A stretch of 64,000 nt of DNA from assembly GCA_037447605.1 (NCBI GenBank), contig CM074822.1:891492-955491 (forward strand). Direction: 5' to 3'. The position numbers were made by a program, and so were the translations under genes. Source of the stretch: Zygnema circumcarinatum SAG 698-1b (Eukaryota; Plantae; Zygnematophyceae). The notes below the pieces were generated by a model. The model was not told where the DNA came from and did no database searches. It saw nothing but the letters and a program-made list of their open reading frames with translations. Shown one piece after another: positions 47,344 through 58,100 of the stretch (positions are counted from its first letter, which is position 1; each line of letters starts with the position of its first letter).

Positions 47344-49243
47344 GGGTAGTGATATTTCCACCCCTTTTTTGGATCCAAACACCCCTTCCCGGCCGGGCAG
47401 ATTTCAAAAGGGATTAAAAACAGAAAATGCTTTTTCACACCTTTTTGGAATCGATACCCACCTTCTTCCGTCCGCTGATTTTATTTTTGCTAACCAAGGA
47501 AAATGATACCCCGTCATCGCATTTTGAATACTGTCTCCCGCCTCCCTGAATTTTTTTTTTGAGGGAAAGAAATATCTGCCTGCCCGAATCCGCTCGGAGC
47601 GGAAGATCCGTCCGCCACGAGATCGTTCGCGGGTGTCCGTCCTTTACACGTGTGTGTCCATCGCAGCTGTCGATTCCCTCGCAGATCACACCACTGCAGA
47701 TCACCGTTCGATCTGCAGCCGGGCTCGATCTTAGCGAATGGAAAGCGCCCACGAGTCCCGTCAAAGCCAAATCGCACGTGCGAGTGCGCGCGTCCTTCGG
47801 CCCGAGATCTCGTCATTGTTAGCTCTCAGCCAATCAACATCTGCCACGTGCTACATTTTTGACGTGGAAATTTGTGATTGGTCTAAGATCTCAATGTACA
47901 AAATTTTGGGTTCCTCAGGTTGCGACCGTATGACATTTGTACGGACAAACGTTTGAGAGGACTTTGGCGGGATACGTGGACACGTGCCATGCGCTGTGAC
48001 CGAGCCCGGCTGCCGATCAAATATTGATCTGTCGTGTTGGGATCTGCGAGGGAATCGACGGCTGCGATTGACCGCACGCGTGAAAAAAAATTCAGGTAGG
48101 CGGGATATTCAAAGTAGGGTGACGGGTTATTATTTGGGTAGTGATATTTCCACCCCTTTTTTGGATCCAAACACCCCTTCCCGGCCGGGCAGATTTTAAA
48201 AGGGATTAAAAACAGAAAATGCTTTTTTCAGACCTTTTTGGAATCGATACCCACCTTCTTCCGTCGGATGATTTTATTTTTGCTAACCAAGGAAAATGAT
48301 ACCCCGTCACCGCATTTTGAATAGTGTATCCCGCCTCCCTGAATTATTTTTTTGAGGGAAAGAAATATCTGCCTGCCCGAATCCGCTCGGAGCGGAAGGA
48401 TGTCCGCCACGAGATCGTTCGCGGGTGTCCGTCCTTTACACGTGTGTGACAATCGCAGCTGTCGATTTCCCTCGCAGATCACACCACTGCAGATCACCGT
48501 TCGATCTGCAGCCGGGCTCGATCTTAGCGAATGGAAAGCGCCCACGAGTCCCGTCAAAGCCATATCGCACCTGCGAGTGCGCGCGTCCTTCGGCCCGAGA
48601 TCTTGCATATTGTTAGCTCCCAGCCAATCAACATCTGCCACGTGTTACAATTTTGACGTGGAAAATTTTGATTGGTCGAAGATCTCAATGTACGAAATTT
48701 TGGGTTCCTCAAGTTGCGACCGTACGACATTTGTACGGAGAAACTTTTGAGAGGACTTTGGCGGGATACGTGGGCTCGTGCCATGCGCTGTGACCGAGCC
48801 CGGCTGCCGATCAAATAGTGATCTGCCGTTTGCGATCTGCGAGGGAATCGACGGCTGCGATTGACCGCACGCGTGAAAAAAAACTCAGGTAGGCGGGATA
48901 TTCAAATGGGTCGACGGGTTATCATTTTCCTTGTTTCGCAGAAATAAAATCTGCTGATGGAGGGTGGTATCGATTCCAAAATGGTGTGAAAAAAGCATTT
49001 TCCGTTTTTAATCCTTTTTGAAATCTGCCCGGCCGGGAAGGGGTGTTTGGATCCAAAAAAGGGGTGGAAATATCACTACCCTATTATTTTCCTTGTTTCG
49101 CAGAAATAAAATCTGCCGATGGAGGGTGGTATCGATTCCAAAAAGGTGTGAAAAAAGCATTTTCCGTTTTTAATCCTTTTTGAAATCTGCCCGGCCGGGA
49201 AGGGGTGTTTGGATCCAAAAAAGGGGTGGAAATATCACTACCC
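47344..49243. mobile_element. Foldback element subfamily A (middle), inserted in the left TIR of element B; 946 bp after removing its insert
   Basis: GGGTAGTG...CACTACCC termini; exact 8-bp TSD AAAAAGAA at 47336-47343 and 49244-49251. Confidence 0.93.
48136..49081. mobile_element. Foldback element subfamily A (innermost, 946 bp), inserted in the right arm of the middle copy
   Basis: GGGTAGTG...CACTACCC termini; exact 8-bp TSD TATTATTT at 48128-48135 and 49082-49089. Confidence 0.93.
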
Positions 49244-50189
49244 AAAAAGAACACACCTTTCACACCTTCTCACCTTTTTTTTTTCACCTTTTTTTTCCCA
49301 CCTTTTTGAAATCGATACACACCTTTCTCCATCGGGCAGATTTTACCCCTTCTTGTTTTTTTCAAAGAAAAAAATATCGGCCTGCCCGAATCCACTCGGA
49401 GCAGAAGATCCGTCCGCCACGAGATCGTTCGCGGGTGGCCGTCCTTCACACGTGCAGAAACTATACACCGTCGATTCTAGAGCAGATCGCACCACGGCAG
49501 ATCACCGTTCGATCGGCAGCCGGGATCGGTTCCAGCGAATGGCACACGCCCACGTGTCCCACCCGAGCAGGCTCGACCGTACACAACTCGTACGGTCACA
49601 GCTTCGAGGAAAGTCTAAATTCCTTACATTGCGAGCTTGAACCAATCACCATCTGCCGCGTGCTCTTTTTAGACGTGGCAAACTGTGATTGGTACAGGCA
49701 CTCAACTTTAATTATTACGTTTTTTGACTTTCCTCGAAGCTGCGGGCGTACGCCTTTTGTACGGTCCTTGGAGCCGGCTTGGGTGGGACACGTGGGACAG
49801 AGCCCGGCTTCTGATCGAACGGTGATCTGCCATGGTGCGATCTGCGTGAATATCGACGGCGGAAAATTATTGCACGTGTGAAGGACGGCCACCCGCGAAC
49901 GATCTCGTGGCGGACGGATCTTCTGCTCCGAGCGGATTCGGGCAGGCAGATATTTTTTTCTCTGAAAATAAATGATAAGGAGTAAATCTGCCCGACAGAA
50001 AAAGGTCTCACGGCGCTCGGCCGCTCAGGACTAGTAGCGTGTATCGATTCCAAAAAGATGTGAAAAAAAAAGTGAAAAAAAAAAGGTGTGAAAGGTGTGT
50101 TCCTTTTTTGTCTATTTTAAAATCTGCCCAGCGAAAAGAGGTCTGTGCGTAGACAAAAAAGGTGTGAGAATAGAATTTTCCAAAAAGAA

Positions 50190-50522
50190 TTTAATGAAAA
50201 TGTGGTATAGTTGCCACGAGTCTGACGTTGCCACGTCGCGCGTCCAAATTTGTTGTGCTTTTCGTTGGATCGAATGCGCAGAAAATGGGGTATATCGCGT
50301 AACCATTCAGTAATTGCCAAATGTCGTTTTCTACGTACGACAGCGTTCGATTTGAATGTTTTATGTGACCTACGGCTTCGATTAAGTTGTCAAAGATGAA
50401 TTTAATGAAAAAGGGGTATAGTTGCCGCGAGTCTGACGTTGCCACGTCGCGCGACCTGATTGGTTGTACGTTTCGTTGGATAGAATGCGCAGAATATGGG
50501 GTATATCGCGTACCCATTCAGC
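50190..50522. repeat. Two ~115-bp direct repeats (50190-50305, 50400-50522) leading into the satellite
   Basis: TTTAATGAAAA...GGTATAGTTGCC.CGAGTCTGACGTTGCCACGTCGCGCG...TTCGTTGGAT.GAATGCGCAGAA.ATGGGGTATATCGCGTA.CCATTCAG occurs twice. Confidence 0.85.
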
Positions 50523-50536
50523 TTATGTGTTCGATC

Positions 50537-53500
50537 GGTTCCAAACCAGTCGACTGGTTGTCAACCAGTGGCATCCACTGGTTCCAAACCAGTCGACTGG
50601 TTGCCAACCAGTGGCATCCACTGGTTCCAAACCAGTCGACTGGTTGTCAACCAGTGGCATCCACTGGTTCCAAACCAGTCGACTGGTTGTCAACCAGTGG
50701 CATCCACTGGTTCCAAACCAGTCGACTGGTTGCCAACCAGTGGCATCCACTGGTTCCAAACCAGTCGACTGGTTGTCAACCAGTGGCATCCACTGGTTCC
50801 AAACCAGTCGACTGGTTGTCAACCAGTGGCATCCACTGGTTCCAAACCAGTCGACTGGTTGTCAACCAGTGGCATCCACTGGTTCCAAACCAGTCGACTG
50901 GTTGTCAACCAGTGGCATCCACTGGTTCCAAACCAGTCGACTGGTTGCCAACCAGTGGCATCCACTGGTTCCAAACCAGTCGACTGGTTGCCAACCAGTG
51001 GCATCCACTGGTTCCAAACCAGTCGACTGGTTGTCAACCAGTGGCATCCACTGGTTCCAAACCAGTCGACTGGTTGTCAACCAGTGGCATCCACTGGTTC
51101 CAAACCAGTCGACTGGTTGCCAACCAGTGGCATCCACTGGTTCCAAACCAGTCGACTGGTTGCCAACCAGTGGCATCCACTGGTTCCAAACCAGTCGACT
51201 GGTTGTCAACCAGTGGCATCCACTGGTTCCAAACCAGTCGACTGGTTGCCAACCAGTGGCATCCACTGGTTCCAAACCAGTCGACTGGTTGTCAACCAGT
51301 GGCATCCACTGGTTCCAAACCAGTCGACTGGTTGTCAACCAGTGGCATCCACTGGTTCCAAACCAGTCGACTGGTTGTCAACCAGTGGCATCCACTGGTT
51401 CCAAACCAGTCGACTGGTTGTCAACCAGTGGCATCCACTGGTTCCAAACCAGTCGACTGGTTGTCAACCAGTGGCATCCACTGGTTCCAAACCAGTCGAC
51501 TGGTTGTCAACCAGTGGCATCCACTGGTTCCAAACCAGTCGACTGGTTGCCAACCAGTGGCATCCACTGGTTCCAAACCAGTCGACTGGTTGTCAACCAG
51601 TGGCATCCACTGGTTCCAAACCAGTCGACTGGTTGCCAACCAGTGGCATCCACTGGTTCCAAACCAGTCGACTGGTTGCCAACCAGTGGCATCCACTGGT
51701 TCCAAACCAGTCGACTGGTTGCCAACCAGTGGCATCCACTGGTTCCAAACCAGTCGACTGGTTGCCAACCAGTGGCATCCACTGGTTCCAAACCAGTCGA
51801 CTGGTTGCCAACCAGTGCCGCCGATCGAAACAACCATTCGACTGGTTGCCAACCAGTGGCATCCACTGGTTCCAAACCAGTCGACTGGTTGTCAACCAGT
51901 GGCATCCACTGGTTCCAAACCAGTCGACTGGTTGTCAACCAGTGGCATCCACTGGTTCCAAACCAGTCGACTGGTTGCCAACCAGTGGCATCCACTGGTT
52001 CCAAACCAGTCGACTGGTTGTCAACCAGTGGCATCCACTGGTTCCAAACCAGTCGACTGGTTGTCAACCAGTGGCATCCACTGGTTCCAAACCAGTCGAC
52101 TGGTTGTCAACCAGTGGCATCCACTGGTTCCAAACCAGTCGACTGGTTGCCAACCAGTGGCATCCACTGGTTCCAAACCAGTCGACTGGTTGTCAACCAG
52201 TGGCATCCACTGGTTCCAAACCAGTCGACTGGTTGCCAACCAGTGCCGCCGATCGAAACAACCATTCGACTGGTTGCCAACCAGTGGCATCCACTGGTTC
52301 CAAACCAGTCGACTGGTTGTCAACCAGTGGCATCCACTGGTTCCAAACCAGTCGACTGGTTGTCAACCAGTGGCATCCACTGGTTCCAAACCAGTCGACT
52401 GGTTGTCAACCAGTGGCATCCACTGGTTCCAAACCAGTCGACTGGTTGCCAACCAGTGGCATCCACTGGTTCCAAACCAGTCGACTGGTTGTCAACCAGT
52501 GGCATCCACTGGTTCCAAACCAGTCGACTGGTTGTCAACCAGTGGCATCCACTGGTTCCAAACCAGTCGACTGGTTGTCAACCAGTGGCATCCACTGGTT
52601 CCAAACCAGTCGACTGGTTGCCAACCAGTGGCATCCACTGGTTCCAAACCAGTCGACTGGTTGCCAACCAGTGGCATCCACTGGTTCCAAACCAGTCGAC
52701 TGGTTGCCAACCAGTGGCATCCACTGGTTCCAAACCAGTCGACTGGTTGTCAACCAGTGGCATCCACTGGTTCCAAACCAGTCGACTGGTTGCCAACCAG
52801 TGGCATCCACTGGTTCCAAACCAGTCGACTGGTTGCCAACCAGTGGCATCCACTGGTTCCAAACCAGTCGACTGGTTGTCAACCAGTGGCATCCACTGGT
52901 TCCAAACCAGTCGACTGGTTGCCAACCAGTGGCATCCACTGGTTCCAAACCAGTCGACTGGTTGCCAACCAGTGGCATCCACTGGTTCCAAACCAGTCGA
53001 CTGGTTGTCAACCAGTGGCATCCACTGGTTCCAAACCAGTCGACTGGTTGTCAACCAGTGGCATCCACTGGTTCCAAACCAGTCGACTGGTTGTCAACCA
53101 GTGGCATCCACTGGTTCCAAACCAGTCGACTGGTTGCCAACCAGTGGCATCCACTGGTTCCAAACCAGTCGACTGGTTGTCAACCAGTGGCATCCACTGG
53201 TTCCAAACCAGTCGACTGGTTGTCAACCAGTGGCATCCACTGGTTCCAAACCAGTCGACTGGTTGTCAACCAGTGGCATCCACTGGTTCCAAACCAGTCG
53301 ACTGGTTGTCAACCAGTGGCATCCACTGGTTCCAAACCAGTCGACTGGTTGTCAACCAGTGGCATCCACTGGTTCCAAACCAGTCGACTGGTTGTCAACC
53401 AGTGGCATCCACTGGTTCCAAACCAGTCGACTGGTTGTCAACCAGTGGCATCCACTGGTTCCAAACCAGTCGACTGGTTGTCAACCAGTGGCATCCACTG

Positions 53501-54512
53501 GTTCCAAACCAGTCGACTGGTTGCCAACCAGTGGCATCCACTGGTTCCAAACCAGTCGACTGGTTGCCAACCAGTGGCATCCACTGGTTCCAAACCAGTC
53601 GACTGGTTGCCAACCAGTGGCATCCACTGGTTCCAAACCAGTCGACTGGTTGTCAACCAGTGGCATCCACTGGTTCCAAACCAGTCGACTGGTTGTCAAC
53701 CAGTGGCATCCACTGGTTCCAAACCAGTCGACTGGTTGCCAACCAGTGCCGCCGATCGAAACAACCATTCGACCGTTGCCAACCAGTGGCATCCACTGGT
53801 TCCAAACCAGTCGACTGGTTGCCAACCAGTGGCATCCACTGGTTCCAAACCAGTCGACTGGTTGCCAACCAGTGGCATCCACTGGTTCCAAACCAGTCGA
53901 CTGGTTGTCAACCAGTGGCATCCACTGGTTCCAAACCAGTCGACTGGTTGTCAACCAGTGGCATCCACTGGTTCCAAACCAGTCGACTGGTTGTCAACCA
54001 GTGGCATCCACTGGTTCCAAACCAGTCGACTGGTTGTCAACCAGTGGCATCCACTGGTTCCAAACCAGTCGACTGGTTGCCAACCAGTGGCATCCACTGG
54101 TTCCAAACCAGTCGACTGGTTGTCAACCAGTGGCATCCACTGGTTCCAAACCAGTCGACTGGTTGCCAACCAGTGGCATCCACTGGTTCCAAACCAGTCG
54201 ACTGGTTGTCAACCAGTGGCATCCACTGGTTCCAAACCAGTCGACTGGTTGTCAACCAGTGGCATCCACTGGTTCCAAACCAGTCGACTGGTTGCCAACC
54301 GCTGGTTAGCGACCGAACAACCATTCGACTGGTTGCCAACCAGTGCCGCCGATCGAAACAACCATTCGACTGGTTGCCAACCAGTGGCATCCACTGGTTC
54401 CAAACCAGTCGACTGGTTGCCAACCAGTGGCATCCACTGGTTCCAAACCAGTCGACTGGTTGCCAACCAGTGCCGCCGATCGAAACAACCATTCGACTGG
54501 TTTGGAACCAGT
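50537..54512. repeat. Tandem satellite, 43-bp unit GGTTCCAAACCAGTCGACTGGTTG(T/C)CAACCAGTGGCATCCACT, ~90 copies with occasional variant units
   Basis: Direct observation; one T/C dimorphic site. The variant unit containing GCCGCCGATCGAAACAACCATTCG occurs at ~51817, 52245, 53748, 54344 and 54472. Confidence 0.98.
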
Positions 54513-54518
54513 GATCCA

Positions 54519-54689
54519 ATGGTTGGCAACCATTAAATTGTCGGTGTACGGATCCTCGTGATTGTCGTATATATCAGAAATATTTTCCTCGCGACGCATT
54601 TTCCAGAAGTAATTTTAAAAAATTGCCGAAAATCGCATTTAAAAAATATTTAGATCCGTGACACCGACAATTTAATGGTTGCCAACCAT
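54519..54689. repeat. 171-bp module with ~37-bp inverted ends separating the two satellite blocks
   Basis: ATGGTTGGCAACCATTAAATTGTCGGTGTACGGATC ... GATCCGTGACACCGACAATTTAATGGTTGCCAACCAT (one indel); AT-rich core. Confidence 0.8.
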
Positions 54690-54705
54690 TTGATTTAATG
54701 GATAT

Positions 54706-55070
54706 AACCATTCGACTGGTTGCCAACCAGTGCCGCCGATCGAAACAACCATTCGACTGGTTGCCAACCAGTGGCATCCACTGGTTCCAAACCAGTCGAC
54801 TGGTTGCCAACCAGTGCCGCCGGATCGAAACAACCATTCGACTGGTTGCCAACCAGTGGCATCCACTGGTTCCAAACCAGTCGACTGGTTGTCAACCAGT
54901 GGCATCCACTGGTTCCAAACCAGTCGACTGGTTGCCAACCAGTGGCATCCACTGGTTCCAAACCAGTCGACTGGTTGTCAACCAGTGGCATCCACTGGTT
55001 CCAAACCAGTCGACTGGTTGCCAACCAGTGGCATCCACTGGTTCCAAACCAGTCGACTGGTTGCCGACCA
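54706..55070. repeat. Second short block of the 43-bp satellite (~8 units including variants)
   Basis: Same unit and orientation as 50537-54512. Confidence 0.93.
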
Positions 55071-55185
55071 GTAGACGTCCAACCATTGCCATCCAATGGT
55101 TGTCCAATGGTTGCCGATCCACTGGTCCGAACTGTGAAATATTGGGTAGCGAAAATGAGAGGGGCGAAAATATTGGGGGGGTCTA

Positions 55186-58100
55186 CGTACAGATTGTTCG
55201 TACAGTAGGTACGCTCTGTCTTTGGCGTTGGCTTTGGCATTGGCTTTGGCTTTGGCGTTGGCTTTGGCGTTGGCTTTGGCTTTGGCGTGTACTGTACCTC
55301 GGATTGTACGGGCTGCTTGACACTTTGTCGGCGCGTCGCGTTTACCTGTCGGACGTGCGCCGCGCGACGACCGCTGATTACCTGGACGCTGACAGAAATT
55401 CCCGTGAGAGTGAATTTCTAGTTCGACATGAATTTGTCCGTTTGGCCATCTAGGATCTCCTTCTCGCACCCTCGTCCTACGTGGCCCATTGTACGGTCGA
55501 GATCACCTTTCCCGTCGCTCCGGCTCCTATCCGCCGTCGCCGCGCGCGTGCAGGACCGCTCCGCGAGTGGCTCCGCCTTCAGCGGTCCCTTCGACATTGT
55601 ACGAAAAATGTACGGATAACCGCGGCTGCCTCGCACACACGCGTGGTGACCGCGTTCCGATTGGCGGCGCCCAAGGGTCCCCCGCTTCGCGACAAACGGC
55701 TGCGGTACGGGTACAGGTACTGTACGGGTACGGGTACAGAGAATGATTCCCTTTGTCGCACGCGTCACGGCGCTCTCCCATTCAACCACTGACAGCGCCA
55801 GCTCGCACGAGCCAGTCCCGGTGGTACCCGCCGCCGCCTCTCCGCCTGACCGCCTTCCCCTCTTCCTCTCCCTCCCCTCTCCCTCTCCTCCCTCTCCTCT
55901 CCCTCTCCTCGCTCCCTTTTCCTCTCCTGCGCGCGTCGCCATGGCATCCGCCGCCGCCCTCCTCCTGGCGGCCATGCTCTGCTTTGCCGCCTCCGTGGAC
56001 GCCGCCCTCGTGAAGGCCGCGCAGCAGAGTGAGTGGCGCTCTCACATGCATGACATGCATGCATGACATTCATGCATGCATGCATGCATGCCTGTCGGAA
56101 GGAGGCTGACGGGGAGCGGGCGGGCGGGCGAGTGCAGCGGCGTTGCAGGCCGTGAAGGCGAGTCTGCAGCTGACGGACAAGAAGCTGCCAAACTCGTGGA
56201 AGGCCTCCGCCGACTGCAGCGCGTGGCGCGGCATCAAGTGCGACGCTAAGGGGAACGTTATATCGCTGTGCGCGCATCCCCTCCCTGCTCCGGGCAGAAG
56301 AAAATAGTTTTTTTCTACCCTGCGGTCCTTTCTGGGCGGGCTGGGGAAACTTGGCAACCTCTGGTTCTTTTTGTTTGTTTAACCGTTTTTAAACTTCTTT
56401 TTGCTTCGTCAGAAGATGATTCTGTGCCGGGCAAGGCGCCAATGTATTTCATATCTGCCCCTGCACATTGGTTCTCATTTTTCGCCATCGTATCTGAGTG
56501 CACATTCCATGCGCGGCTAACGCAGAAAATGAGGCAACATTTTCTGCACAATACTTAAAGTCGCGGAAACTCCTCGAAACTGTCGTTGTTACAGAGCGAA
56601 ATGAAATGTTCGACTTTTCGTTTGTTGCTAATATTCTCGTTGATGTTTTCTCACTTTTTTGCGCAGAACCATCTCTCCAGTTTCTTTTTATATATTTAGC
56701 ACTGTGTTTAATCAAACAGTTCCCGATGTGTATCCAGTCACCAACAAGGGAACCATCTCTCCAAAGATATCGGAGCTCAAAAATTTGGAGACACTGTGAG
56801 TTCTATTGAAGCCATCTCCTTCTGTTTGTCTTGATGGTTTTGGTTTCCTTAAAGTCATTCATGCTTGTAAATGTGAATTCACCCTAATTTTTTTTTTCAG
56901 CTTTCTCGTAACTACCATTTGAGGTTTTCCGGAGGTTGAGAGATTGAAGTTGGTTTGAGTTTTGGGCGCTCAGGGTTTTCGAATTGTTTAATTGTGGTGG
57001 CGTAGTTCTGAGTTGAAATCTTCCTCTCTTTATGCTTTCTGAGTAAATTTCATGGCGGATGATGGAAACTGCAGGATTCTTCTTGCGACGGGCATAGGCG
57101 GAGACATACCGGAGGGACTCGGAAATCTGAAAAAACTCAAAATTCTGTGAGAACAAATTCCCACTTCACTTCGTGCAGGAGTTGAATTCTGAGCATCGCC
57201 GTTCATAACCGTGCAAATCTTTACTTTAATCTTTAATCTTTGGAGACTGCAGAGAGTTTTCCGGGTTCAGAAAATTTCCTGAATCTAACGAGAAGAACTA
57301 CAGGAGAAACTGTTTCTTACCACTTTGATTTCTCTTGTGTGTTTGGGGATGCAGTGAATTGAGCGGGAACAATTTTACTTCCAATCTGCCAACCAGTATA
57401 AAAATGTTGACGAGTCTGGAATACCTGTATGCTGCCTATACTTTTTTCCCCTTCGGCAGATTACCCATTAATAGGCAGTTAGTTGCATTTCAGGAGAAGT
57501 CGATAGACTCATCAAGCTTCACCTTCTCCTTTCTTGACGACATATTCTATGACGTGAAGTGTTCTGTCATGTGAAATTTAAAAGGCGTTAAGGGTTTGAG
57601 AGCGGTGGTGTATCACTAGTTAGGGTCAGAATGGCATTAGGATTGCTGTTCCGATCGATGCTTTGAGTTGGGGTGTAAAGAGGGCAACTGAAAGTTCTCC
57701 TTCTTCTCCTTTTCTCATATTTTTTTTTTTTCTTTATTGCCAGAGCTTGCAGCGAATGCAAGATGAAAGGGAAGGTCCCCGTGGGAATCGGCAGTCTCTT
57801 GAAATTGCAGTGGTTGTAAGTTCCCTTTTCCTTATCGGCGGCTACTTTTGACTATTTTAACATGAAGGAAAAGAATATGGCGTTCCTTCTTTTCTCTTTC
57901 TTTCAGAAAAACACTTTCTCTTTCAGCTGTAAGAACGCTTCCAGAAGTCGTGAATCTTTTGCATACTAGAATACTCTAATAAACGAAGCGATATTGTGAA
58001 TATTCTTGATAAATCACGAGCTTCTCCATGCCGCTTATTTCAGGTGATCTCATGTGATTGATGCATTTCTTATTGCATTTTGCAGGGATTTCACCATCAA

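Larger units (their letters stand above)
47261..50181. mobile_element. Foldback element subfamily B (outermost; ~1013 bp after removing the insert)
   Basis: GGAAAATTCTATTCTCACACC ... GGTGTGAGAATAGAATTTTCC; exact 8-bp TSD AAAAAGAA at 47253-47260 and 50182-50189; arms symmetric over ~400 bp. Confidence 0.9.

Noticed and set aside
50387-54536. Three >1200-aa plus-strand ORFs and many minus-strand ORFs in the satellite
   Set aside because: The 43-bp unit has no plus-strand stop, and 43 mod 3 = 1 cycles through all frames. Minus-strand ORFs end wherever the T variant creates TGA. These are by-products of the repeat, not genes.
50537-55070. CRISPR-like appearance of the regular array
   Set aside because: Units are head-to-tail with no unique spacers, there are no cas genes, and the context is eukaryotic.
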